Made by a program: the position numbers and the translations under genes. Below are positions 1 to 7,396 of a stretch of DNA of 10,329 bases, piece by piece. The stretch comes from Polyangiaceae bacterium (GTDB lineage Bacteria; Myxococcota_A; Polyangia; Polyangiales; Polyangiaceae). Each line of letters opens with the position of its first letter. Positions within the stretch are counted from its first letter, which is position 1. The DNA lies in assembly GCA_050287085.1 (NCBI GenBank), contig JBNKBE010000041.1, forward strand, positions 12,544 through 22,872, read 5' to 3'. Below the pieces are notes generated by a model that was not told the origin of the DNA, did no database searches, and worked only from the letters and a program-made list of their open reading frames with translations.

Positions 1-113
1 TCCGTGACGTCGTCGTCCGTTGGTGTGTCATCTGCCTCGTCTTGGCCATCGGATTTGCAACCGGGCATGGCCGAAAGGAGGAGCAACGCACAGGAGATTC
101 TTAGGGCTCTCAC
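1..113 (-). CDS. Putative lipoprotein, 5' part only (runs off the left edge; not in the ORF track)
   Basis: Minus frame from GTG at 113-111 reads MRALRISCALLLLSAMPG|CKSDGQDEADDTPTDDDVT with no stop to position 1. It has a basic n-region, hydrophobic h-region, lipobox-like MPGC (Cys codon 59-57) and an acidic low-complexity tether. An alternative in-frame TTG start lies at 122-120. No clear RBS. Confidence 0.7.
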   Translation of the reverse strand, partial: MRALRISCALLLLSAMPGCKSDGQDEADDTPTDDDVT

Positions 114-381
114 CCGCTTCAAGGTAGCAGTTCGGGAGCGGACCGGCAACGACCGCCCCGCGCGCCCGGTCTCTGTGGGGGACTGCGCCCCAGAAGCCGG
201 AGAAATGAGGCGACGCGGTCCGTCGACGTGAGCGAGGGAATTGCGGTGTTGGGTCTGACTGATTGTGAGCTGCTTCGGTTGCGGACGTTAGGCCGAGACG
301 GACAGGATTGTCACTGAAGCATTGCCACGTCCTGTGCGCCTGGGCTATGGTGCCAGTCCATTCGTGGCACGGGGCTGCACT

Positions 382-387
382 GGGAGG
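382..387 (+). promoter_or_regulatory. Shine-Dalgarno site for the giant CDS
   Basis: GGGAGG located 5 nt upstream of TTG at 393, supporting the TTG start. Confidence 0.8.
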
Positions 388-392
388 ACGAT

Positions 393-485
393 TTGAAAGT
401 TTTTCCATGTTTCTATGAGCGTGGACTGCTCACCGCAGTCTGCGCAATTTCTGGAACGCTGGCATTTAGCAGCACCGTGCTCGCG
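393..485 (+). other. Sec signal peptide (SPase I) of the giant protein
   Basis: MKVFPCFYER n-region, hydrophobic GLLTAVCAISGTLAFSS, V-L-A|Q cleavage after residue 31, followed by Pro-rich QTPPDP. Confidence 0.75.
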
Positions 486-3400
486 CAGACGCCGCCGGAC
501 CCGCTGGGCGTCGGGCTTGTACAATGTGAGCCCTGGGTGGGAGGCACCTCAGGAGACGGCATCGGCAATGATCCCGCCGACCGTCAGATCTACGTCCGCT
601 ACGGCTTGTACACCAAGAATATCGCGGACGACGCCGGGGCCGCGGCGGATCGAATCGAACGCATCGAGATCTGCTCCGCCGCTGATGACGGGATGGGTGG
701 CGTGGTGGAAGACTGTCCCGGCACAGCGCCTTGGCTCATTTTTGATCGCACAGGCGGTGTCGGCACCATTGACGAGACCTTGATCGCGGCCGGACCCGCC
801 GCCGCTGGCGGCACGGACGAGCCAGTCGCGCTCGTGCCCTTCGACTTCGGCGACCCGGCCAACGTAGCCAAAGTCCTCTTCCTCAAAGTCGTGGACGACA
901 CGGCCCCGGCCAGCATGACGGTCACCGAGGTGAATGATCATGGCGGGTGTGTCGTCTACAAAGAAATCGCCACCGCTGCGGGTGGTCAAATTTCCGTGTT
1001 TAGCGGAAATCCGGATACCGACCCTTTTGGCGGCGCCCCTGATGCATGCGAAGCGTTGAAGGTGAATTTCGTCACAAACGGCCTGCAGACCCCCGCCGGC
1101 AGTGCAGCTCACCAGTGCCTGCCCCCGGATGTCGCCGATTACCTGGGCGACGCTCTGAACAGCATCTTCGGACTCCAGTTCAGTCGTCTGCAGAGCAAGC
1201 TCTTGGTCTCCGACATGGCGGATCCGACCAACGAGAGAAAGAATGCATCGTTGAACGGTTCTGGGCCGTTCCGCATGTTCGTCGGGTCGTGGACGGGTGG
1301 CGGCAACGCCGCCGATGGTTGGGCGCGGATCGGGTCCGGCAACTACGCTGCGGTACCGGTCCTCGACGGCATGGGCAATCCAAACGACCCGAACGCGGCT
1401 CTCATGGGCGGCGCGGCTGACTTCTTTCGGATCTTTCCCCACGAGTTGTTTCATACCCTGCAGGGGAAGTGGAACGCTGCACATCCTTCCGGGAGCGCCT
1501 TCTTCTGGACATGGCCGTGGTTGGAGCAATTCCCTCATGCAGGCGTCTATCACGGCTGCTTGTTGGGGTTTCCCGGAGCACCCGCTGGGGACTGCATTTC
1601 CGGGGCGCGCCATGCCGGAGCTTCCGCGCCCTCCGTGTCCCAATACGCCGATCGAATGCACGATCCGAGCAGCCCTTTGTTCTTGCAAGTGGGCATGTAC
1701 TCAAGCGGTGGCTTTTGGCACTACCTCTACAGCCAGTATTCATTCCCGGTCGGCTCCAGTGCCCACCCGACGGGAACCGCCAGCAACTTTCCTCGCCCCG
1801 CAGACGGGGACACCGCGTCGCTCTCCACGCGAACCCAGTCTGACCATGGTTTCGACCTCCTAGGCCTGCTCTTCAAGCAGTTCGCGAACGCGCCGGCAGG
1901 CACGAACATTTTCGATGCCGCGGATCCACTGCTGCAAGCGGAGTTGGGGCGAGAGGCCTGGGACACGCTTTTCGATTATCACACGGCCATCTACCTCAAG
2001 GATTACGTCGAGATCGACGATCGTTGGAAGCTCGACTACGCGTCGGATAAGGGACACCTCGAGACTGAGCTCGTCTCAGACGCCAAGCCGTTCGATATCG
2101 CGCCGGCCAGCGACAAGACTTGCGGACGCACTCCGGGCGGCGTGCAGGTGTGCGATGGACTCCGCCGCACCAAACGGCAATACGATCTTGTCGACTACGC
2201 TACGGCGACGATGGATCTGTTGCCCATCGACGGTGCCAAGACCGGCGTTGCGCCCATGGCGCCGTTCGGCGCGAACGCTGTCTCCGTCGGCGTCGACCCA
2301 GCGGTTTGGGGCGGACAAACCTTGCGGATGCGCCTCAGCACGTTCGAGGCGAGCAAGCCGCGCCTGCGCCTGTTCCGGGTTGACGGTGGCACGCCGGTCC
2401 CCCTGTGCGGAACCAGCCCAGAGTTCGAGTGCACCTTCACTGCCAACGCAGACAACGATCAGCTAGTGCTCAACAGCTTGGTCGCCATCGGGCCCAACAC
2501 GACCGAGATCCTGGCGATTGGCGGCACCGACTCGAATCCCGCGAGCTTTGATTTCGTTGCGAGCAAGATTGACGTCGATCTGCAGCTGGTCGAACCCTCC
2601 CAGGCGCTTGTTGCACAAATTGGACATCCCACCGGTGAGCGGCGATCGTTCATGATCAAGCTCGGAGCTTTTGACGAGGACGGTCAACCAGTCGCCTTCG
2701 ACCGCGACGACCTTTCGGTGGAGGTCACGGGTTGTGCGGCAGCTTCGTGCACGCTGACGCTGGACGAAAACACGCCGTTCGTCGCCTTGACCGGCGGCTA
2801 CTACTTCATCGGTGCAACGTTGCCCGCGGACTTCTATCCAGCAGCGACCGCTGGGACACTTGGCCTCAGCGTGACGGCTGCCGGCGCCACCGGAGCGGCA
2901 ACTTGCTCCAGTTGTCTGGCGTACGACGCCGCTCCTTTTAAGCAGACCACGGCGTTCGTTCTCGATCGAAGCGGCAGCATGGCCGATTTTGGCAAGCTCG
3001 ACACGCTCAAGGTTGTGAGCAAAGCCATTGTGGCATCGCTGCTTCCTCCGGCTGGCGAAAGTCCAACGAACCGTGTCGGCATTGTCTCTTTCGACGAGGA
3101 CGCCGACACGACCTACGCTTTTGACTGGGCTTCATCGGGTACCCTGGCCGCGATGGAGGCGGCAATTGACGGCCTCACACCCGGTACGACGACCAGCATC
3201 GGCGATGGCTTGTTCGAAGCGCAGTCCAATCTGGCATTCGACTTCGACAGCAATACCGCGGACCCCACTGGTTCGGATGCGATGATTGTCTTGAGCGATG
3301 GCCTCAACAACGAGGACTTCGTGCCCTTCGACTACTACGGTCGACCACGCACCGAGAGCGAATGGTGGGCCAACACCGCCAACGATGGTCGGGGGACTCC

Positions 3401-6400
3401 TTGGTATACCGCTGGCAATATCATCTACGGACTTCGCGCAGACGCGGGTGAGCGGGTTCCCACGCTCAGCACCATCGCGCTGGGACAGGACGCCGACGTA
3501 ACGACCCTGGACGAGCTTTCGCGACTTTCCTCCAATCGGACGATCTACGCGCCCCTCTCCGAAGCATCGGCACCGGCATCGGCATTTGCGCTCACCACGT
3601 TGAGCCCAGCCGAGGAGATCATGAGTGCGATGACGAGCGCCATGGACTCGGCGTATGGGCAAGCTGGTAAATACCAGCGACTCACCGCGGCTCGACTGAA
3701 CGTGACCAGTTCTGGCGCGCCAGTGCCTGCTGGACAGCTGCAGAACGCGGAGGTGCTCTACATCCCGGTAGAGCCTGGGGTATCCGAACTTCGCGTCGTC
3801 GTCACCTCGAGCACAGATGCCGCAGGCTGGTTGGCTCGACCCTCGGGGAGTCAAGTGTCGCCGACCACGATCAAGTCGTGGCCAACACCCACGCTGTCAT
3901 ACCGCGTCCGAGATCCGGAAGCTGGGTTGTGGCGTTTTGACAGTCAGGCTCCCACCGGAACGGATCCAACGATGACGGCCATCGCCTCCGTGCGTGGGCG
4001 CTTCCAGCTTTTCACGTTCGCCGACGTGGAGGGACTCCAGAAGAACGGCCCGACACCGGACACGCGCGCCGATGTTCTCATCCGCGCAGTACCGATGGAG
4101 GGGGAGTTCGTGCCGGGGTGTTCGATCACCGGCTCCGTGGTGTCGCCCGATGGTGCCGCCTACGGCGTCACCCTCCAAGACGCTGGCGACGGTGTCTACT
4201 CGACCCGATTCCACAACACTGCCGTAGCAGGGCAGTACGATGTGGCATTGACCGTCGATTGCATCTCGCCCGTGTCGGGCGCTGCTGTGCATCGCGAAGA
4301 GCGAACCGGATTCGCCCTGGCCGCCTGCGAAGACCTCGACGCGGACAACATGTGCGACGAGTGGGAGCTCACCTACGGTCTGGATCCCACGGACCCCAAT
4401 GACGGAACCTTGGACTCGGACGAGGACGAGCTCACTAACGAGGAAGAGCACGAAAACGGCACGGACCCCACCGATTCCGACACGGATCACGGCGGGGAGT
4501 CCGACGGCTCCGAGGTCACGTCCGGGAGTGATCCGAGGGACCGAACCGACGATGACATGAGCCGCTGCGTGGTGCATGCAATTCCGGGCGATGAGCAGGT
4601 TGCCGTCACGCCGGGCTGTTCCGTCGACTCCACGCTCGTTCTGGTCGTGCAGCGCGGCCCATCCGAGGTCGGGCCGTGGTCGGCAGTCCCAGCCGCTGCA
4701 TACGACCCCGTTACGGGCCTCGTCATTGATACCGGACTTACCAATGGTACGCCGACGTGCTACCGCACTCGCCTGGAGGGTCCGAACGGAGTCAGCCCCT
4801 GGTCGGTGCCCTTCTGTGTGGTTCCGGGATCGGATAGCGTTGCGCCCCACGTGCAGTCCTTGGCGGTTGCAAACGAGTGTGAGTTCGACGACGTACAGCT
4901 CACCATCAACGCGGGCGACGACCTTTACGACGCAGCCCTCCCCGAAATCGGCATGAAGCCGAGCGGTGTGACCGAGATGCGGGTATGGACCGGACCCGGT
5001 GGACCAGATAGCGTGAGCTGGCAGCCATTCAGCTCTCCTGTCTCAGTCGACACGCCTGGTGATGGCACGGTGATCAGCGTCCAAGTCCGCGACGCAGCGG
5101 GCAACGTCAGTGCGACTGAATCCACGTTTGCGCGTTGTTCGCGGAGCTGCGGCACTGCTGCGGCAGATCCCCGTTGCCCATCCGCGGACGCGGGCCCCGA
5201 TGTCGTACTGGAATGCGCGGGGGGTGGAACGGCACCGCACACTCTGGACGGCAGTGGCTCCAACCCGGAACCGCTCAGCTATCGCTGGGACACGACGGTT
5301 GAGCTCGCCGACGCGGATACGGCGGAGCCGTACGGTGACTTCCCACTGGGCAGCACCGATGTCACTCTAGTGGTCGAAAATGACATGAGCGGGGACAGCG
5401 ACACGGTACAGATCGTAGTCCTCGACCAGACCGCGCCAGTCATCACGCCGCCGCCGCCGGTCACTTTGTTGGACTGCGGTCCGCAGAACATCGGCACGCC
5501 GACTATCGATGATGCCTGCGGTAGCAGTGTGACCGTGGTCAACGACGCACCGGCGACGTTTCCTCTCGGTTCGACAACGGTGACTTGGTTTGCTGTCGAC
5601 GCCTACGGCAACGAATCCACCGCAACCCAAGTGGTGACAGTGGAGGCAGGGTCCGCGGAGTGTTGTTCCGACACGACAGCGCCGACCCTCCTCGCCCCGC
5701 CGGACGCTATCGTTTCGTCCTGCCTCGATACCGTCAATCTGGGCACGGCCGTCGCTTACGACGCTTGCACGGAATCGGTGATCGTCACCAATGATGCGCC
5801 GGCGGATTTCCAGGTCGGTCAGACCCTAGTGACGTGGCAGGCGATCGACGCCCTAGGCAACACGACGACGCGCGTGCAAGTGGTCGTGGTGGGGCTTGGT
5901 GGAAATGCGTCGTGTTGCCCCACCGACAGCAACGTGATCCTGGGCACTTCCAACAAGGATACGCTCGTCGGAACCGCTGGTGACGACTGCATTCTTGGGT
6001 TTGGGGCGCAGGACGTCATTTATGGCCTGGGCGGCAACGACATCATCTCGGCAGGTGACGGAGACGACATTGTCTACGGCGGAGCCGGTGCTGACGTCAT
6101 CCACGGCGGTACGGGTCAGGACCAGCTGTACGGTGAAGGTGGCGACGACTTTGTGTCCGGAGATGACGGCGTCGACGTCATCAAAGGCGGCGACGGCAAC
6201 GATCTGTTGCGAGGCGGTCAAGGTCAGGACACCATCTACGGCGAAGCGGGTAACGACGCTCTGCACGGCGAAGCCGACGACGACACTTTGTACGGAGGAA
6301 GTGGTGACGACCGCCACAACGGCGGCGGATTGCACGACCAGTGCATCGACACCGTGGGCTCCAACACGTTCACGCAGTGCGAGAACCAGCCCGAGACTCC

Positions 6401-6854
6401 GACGTGCGATGATGGCGTCCAGAATGGCAGCGAAACTGGCGTCGATTGTGGTGGGAGCTGTCCCCTGCCATGCTCAGTCGCGTGTGAACCGGCATTGTAC
6501 GAGGCCGAGTTGATTGACCACTCCACGGGTGGCTGGTCACCCCCCGGCTGGAATATCTGGTCAAACGGCTACGTCTCCACGTTCCACACTTTCGAAGAGG
6601 CTGGTCCGGCCTCCTTGACCGTGGTCGCGAAGGGCCAGGCGGCGTGGGGTGTCTGGCCAAGAATGGTCGTCACGGTTGGCGGCGTCGTTGTGGGTAATAT
6701 CGACGTGACGTCGTCGAGCTACCAGCCGTACGAGTTCACGTTCGACGCGGTTGCTGGAGTCCACGACATTCGCGTCAGCTTCGTCAATGACTACTACGGT
6801 GGTGGTCAGGACCGAAACTTGTACGTCGACGCCTTCAGCGTCGAGTGCGAGTGA
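393..6854 (+). CDS. Giant secreted multidomain protein: zinc metallopeptidase-like / vWA / TSP3 / FN3 / PKD / HYR / RTX / CBM60-like
   Basis: Uninterrupted 2153-codon ORF with RBS, signal peptide, GC-ending codon bias and many recognisable extracellular motifs, listed separately below. Confidence 0.95.
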   Translation: MKVFPCFYERGLLTAVCAISGTLAFSSTVLAQTPPDPLGVGLVQCEPWVGGTSGDGIGNDPADRQIYVRYGLYTKNIADDAGAAADRIERIEICSAADDGMGGVVEDCPGTAPWLIFDRTGGVGTIDETLIAAGPAAAGGTDEPVALVPFDFGDPANVAKVLFLKVVDDTAPASMTVTEVNDHGGCVVYKEIATAAGGQISVFSGNPDTDPFGGAPDACEALKVNFVTNGLQTPAGSAAHQCLPPDVADYLGDALNSIFGLQFSRLQSKLLVSDMADPTNERKNASLNGSGPFRMFVGSWTGGGNAADGWARIGSGNYAAVPVLDGMGNPNDPNAALMGGAADFFRIFPHELFHTLQGKWNAAHPSGSAFFWTWPWLEQFPHAGVYHGCLLGFPGAPAGDCISGARHAGASAPSVSQYADRMHDPSSPLFLQVGMYSSGGFWHYLYSQYSFPVGSSAHPTGTASNFPRPADGDTASLSTRTQSDHGFDLLGLLFKQFANAPAGTNIFDAADPLLQAELGREAWDTLFDYHTAIYLKDYVEIDDRWKLDYASDKGHLETELVSDAKPFDIAPASDKTCGRTPGGVQVCDGLRRTKRQYDLVDYATATMDLLPIDGAKTGVAPMAPFGANAVSVGVDPAVWGGQTLRMRLSTFEASKPRLRLFRVDGGTPVPLCGTSPEFECTFTANADNDQLVLNSLVAIGPNTTEILAIGGTDSNPASFDFVASKIDVDLQLVEPSQALVAQIGHPTGERRSFMIKLGAFDEDGQPVAFDRDDLSVEVTGCAAASCTLTLDENTPFVALTGGYYFIGATLPADFYPAATAGTLGLSVTAAGATGAATCSSCLAYDAAPFKQTTAFVLDRSGSMADFGKLDTLKVVSKAIVASLLPPAGESPTNRVGIVSFDEDADTTYAFDWASSGTLAAMEAAIDGLTPGTTTSIGDGLFEAQSNLAFDFDSNTADPTGSDAMIVLSDGLNNEDFVPFDYYGRPRTESEWWANTANDGRGTPWYTAGNIIYGLRADAGERVPTLSTIALGQDADVTTLDELSRLSSNRTIYAPLSEASAPASAFALTTLSPAEEIMSAMTSAMDSAYGQAGKYQRLTAARLNVTSSGAPVPAGQLQNAEVLYIPVEPGVSELRVVVTSSTDAAGWLARPSGSQVSPTTIKSWPTPTLSYRVRDPEAGLWRFDSQAPTGTDPTMTAIASVRGRFQLFTFADVEGLQKNGPTPDTRADVLIRAVPMEGEFVPGCSITGSVVSPDGAAYGVTLQDAGDGVYSTRFHNTAVAGQYDVALTVDCISPVSGAAVHREERTGFALAACEDLDADNMCDEWELTYGLDPTDPNDGTLDSDEDELTNEEEHENGTDPTDSDTDHGGESDGSEVTSGSDPRDRTDDDMSRCVVHAIPGDEQVAVTPGCSVDSTLVLVVQRGPSEVGPWSAVPAAAYDPVTGLVIDTGLTNGTPTCYRTRLEGPNGVSPWSVPFCVVPGSDSVAPHVQSLAVANECEFDDVQLTINAGDDLYDAALPEIGMKPSGVTEMRVWTGPGGPDSVSWQPFSSPVSVDTPGDGTVISVQVRDAAGNVSATESTFARCSRSCGTAAADPRCPSADAGPDVVLECAGGGTAPHTLDGSGSNPEPLSYRWDTTVELADADTAEPYGDFPLGSTDVTLVVENDMSGDSDTVQIVVLDQTAPVITPPPPVTLLDCGPQNIGTPTIDDACGSSVTVVNDAPATFPLGSTTVTWFAVDAYGNESTATQVVTVEAGSAECCSDTTAPTLLAPPDAIVSSCLDTVNLGTAVAYDACTESVIVTNDAPADFQVGQTLVTWQAIDALGNTTTRVQVVVVGLGGNASCCPTDSNVILGTSNKDTLVGTAGDDCILGFGAQDVIYGLGGNDIISAGDGDDIVYGGAGADVIHGGTGQDQLYGEGGDDFVSGDDGVDVIKGGDGNDLLRGGQGQDTIYGEAGNDALHGEADDDTLYGGSGDDRHNGGGLHDQCIDTVGSNTFTQCENQPETPTCDDGVQNGSETGVDCGGSCPLPCSVACEPALYEAELIDHSTGGWSPPGWNIWSNGYVSTFHTFEEAGPASLTVVAKGQAAWGVWPRMVVTVGGVVVGNIDVTSSSYQPYEFTFDAVAGVHDIRVSFVNDYYGGGQDRNLYVDAFSVECE
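1440..1526 (+). other. Zinc-binding HExxH motif with candidate third ligand (gluzincin-like)
   Basis: FPHELFHTLQ (H350, E351, H354; 1440-1454), then WPWLE (E378, 1524-1526). A later YSSGGFWHYLYSQY helix resembles that of HExxH...WxxE peptidases. Confidence 0.75.
2946..3551 (+). other. von Willebrand factor A domain with intact MIDAS
   Basis: FVLDRSGSM (DxSxS, 2964-2978), RVGIVSF, GTTTSIGDGL, IVLSDG (3285-3302), TIALGQDAD. Confidence 0.92.
4332..4556 (+). repeat. Bacterial thrombospondin type-3-like Ca-binding repeats (about 3 units)
   Basis: DLDADNMCDEWELTYGLDPTDP / DSDEDELTNEEEHENGTDPTDS / DTDHGGESDGSEVTSGSDPRD, matching DxDxDGxxDxxExxxGxDP. Confidence 0.88.
4570..5420 (+). other. FN3-like, Ig-like and PKD-like beta-sandwich modules
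   Basis: AIPGDEQVAV...DTGLTNGTPTCYR...SPWS (FN3-like); DSVAP...VQVRDAAGNVS (Ig-like); ADAGPD...TLDGSGS...LSYRW...FPLGSTDVTLVV (PKD-like). Boundaries are approximate. Confidence 0.7.
5424..5891 (+). repeat. Two tandem HYR-like domains
   Basis: DQTAPVI...DDAC...NDAPATFPLGSTTVTWFAVDAYGN (5424-5642) and DTTAPTL...YDAC...NDAPADFQVGQTLVTWQAIDALGN (5670-5891). Confidence 0.85.
5943..6347 (+). repeat. RTX (hemolysin-type) Ca-binding nonapeptide array, 15 consecutive units
   Basis: Exact 27-nt periodicity from GTSNKDTLV to GGGLHDQCI, including canonical GGxGxDxUx units (GGAGADVIH, GGTGQDQLY, GGDGNDLLR, GGQGQDTIY). Confidence 0.95.
6405..6473 (+). other. Small Cys-rich module CxDGxxNGxETxVDCGGxC
   Basis: CDDGVQNGSETGVDCGGSCPLPC, a motif I recognise from myxobacterial and Bacteroidota extracellular proteins. 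Confidence 0.8.
6498..6851 (+). other. C-terminal Ca-dependent carbohydrate-binding module (CBM60-like)
   Basis: YEAE start, WNIWSNG, AKGQAAWGVWPRM, HDIRVSFVND and the terminal DRNLYVD signature (6810-6830). Confidence 0.8.
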
Positions 6855-6872
6855 CCCGCAATTGCTAGCCAA

Positions 6873-7328
6873 ATGCGCCGGGTCTTGCCTTCTGCAGGCC
6901 CGGCGCATGAACACCTTACCGTGAAGCGCGTCCACTCAGTTGCACGAAAAACGGCGGTCTTCGTGACTCTCGGGGCAACGCTCGTGCTCGTGGCGTTCGT
7001 TGCGAGGCTTGGCGTGCAAGCGGCCTCGTCGGAACAGAGCGCGAAATCGTCAGAGCACGCCACTACTGAATCTACTCGCACTCCCCGGGCACAGGGCGTG
7101 GCCGCTCCGGAGTCTTCCGGCAAGGTGGAGTTCCGACAAGCCGAGCAGCAAACCCGATACGTCCGGGCGATTCGGGAGGGTCGCGGCCGCGCTATCGCCC
7201 AGCTGGACCAGCTGATTGAGGCAGCCAAGCAGCGAGGCGACGACGGCTCGGCTCAGCTCACTCGACTCGAAGCGCTGCGAGATCGCCTCCGCCAAGAACT
7301 GAGCGGTGTCGAAGCTTCCACCCCCTGA
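6873..7328 (+). CDS. Hypothetical single-pass membrane or secreted protein with C-terminal helical hairpin
   Basis: Starts 18 nt after the giant CDS and fills the gap before the ABC gene. Basic residues precede the hydrophobic AVFVTLGATLVLVAFVA (about 6954-7004), then a S/T/A/E-rich linker and two heptad-like helices. An alternative start is GTG at 6921. Confidence 0.7.
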   Translation: MRRVLPSAGPAHEHLTVKRVHSVARKTAVFVTLGATLVLVAFVARLGVQAASSEQSAKSSEHATTESTRTPRAQGVAAPESSGKVEFRQAEQQTRYVRAIREGRGRAIAQLDQLIEAAKQRGDDGSAQLTRLEALRDRLRQELSGVEASTP

Positions 7329-7396
7329 CCCCGGCCGTTTGCCCTGGTCGCGCCCCTAGCCGTCCCGCCCAGCGGTGAGTAGCGTATCCAGCCTCG

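Noticed and set aside
365..379. Sigma-54 promoter-like TGGCACGGGGCTGCA
   Set aside because: The GG-to-GC spacing is 9 nt rather than the required 10, and a transcript starting there would begin at or after the SD.
4..408. ORF-track calls 4-231 (+) and 28-408 (-)
   Set aside because: Neither is protein-like; both conflict with the better-supported lipoprotein frame, and 28-408 also overlaps the giant gene's RBS and start.
549..1688. 379-aa antisense ORF (also 3132-3854, 3897-4850, 5853-6335 and other nested ORFs)
   Set aside because: These lie inside the well-supported giant CDS and are the expected stop-poor shadow frames of GC-rich coding DNA. They have no motifs of their own.
5943..6347. 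27-nt periodicity as a CRISPR array or DNA tandem repeat
   Set aside because: The units are degenerate at the DNA level, have no spacers, and are conserved only as RTX peptides.
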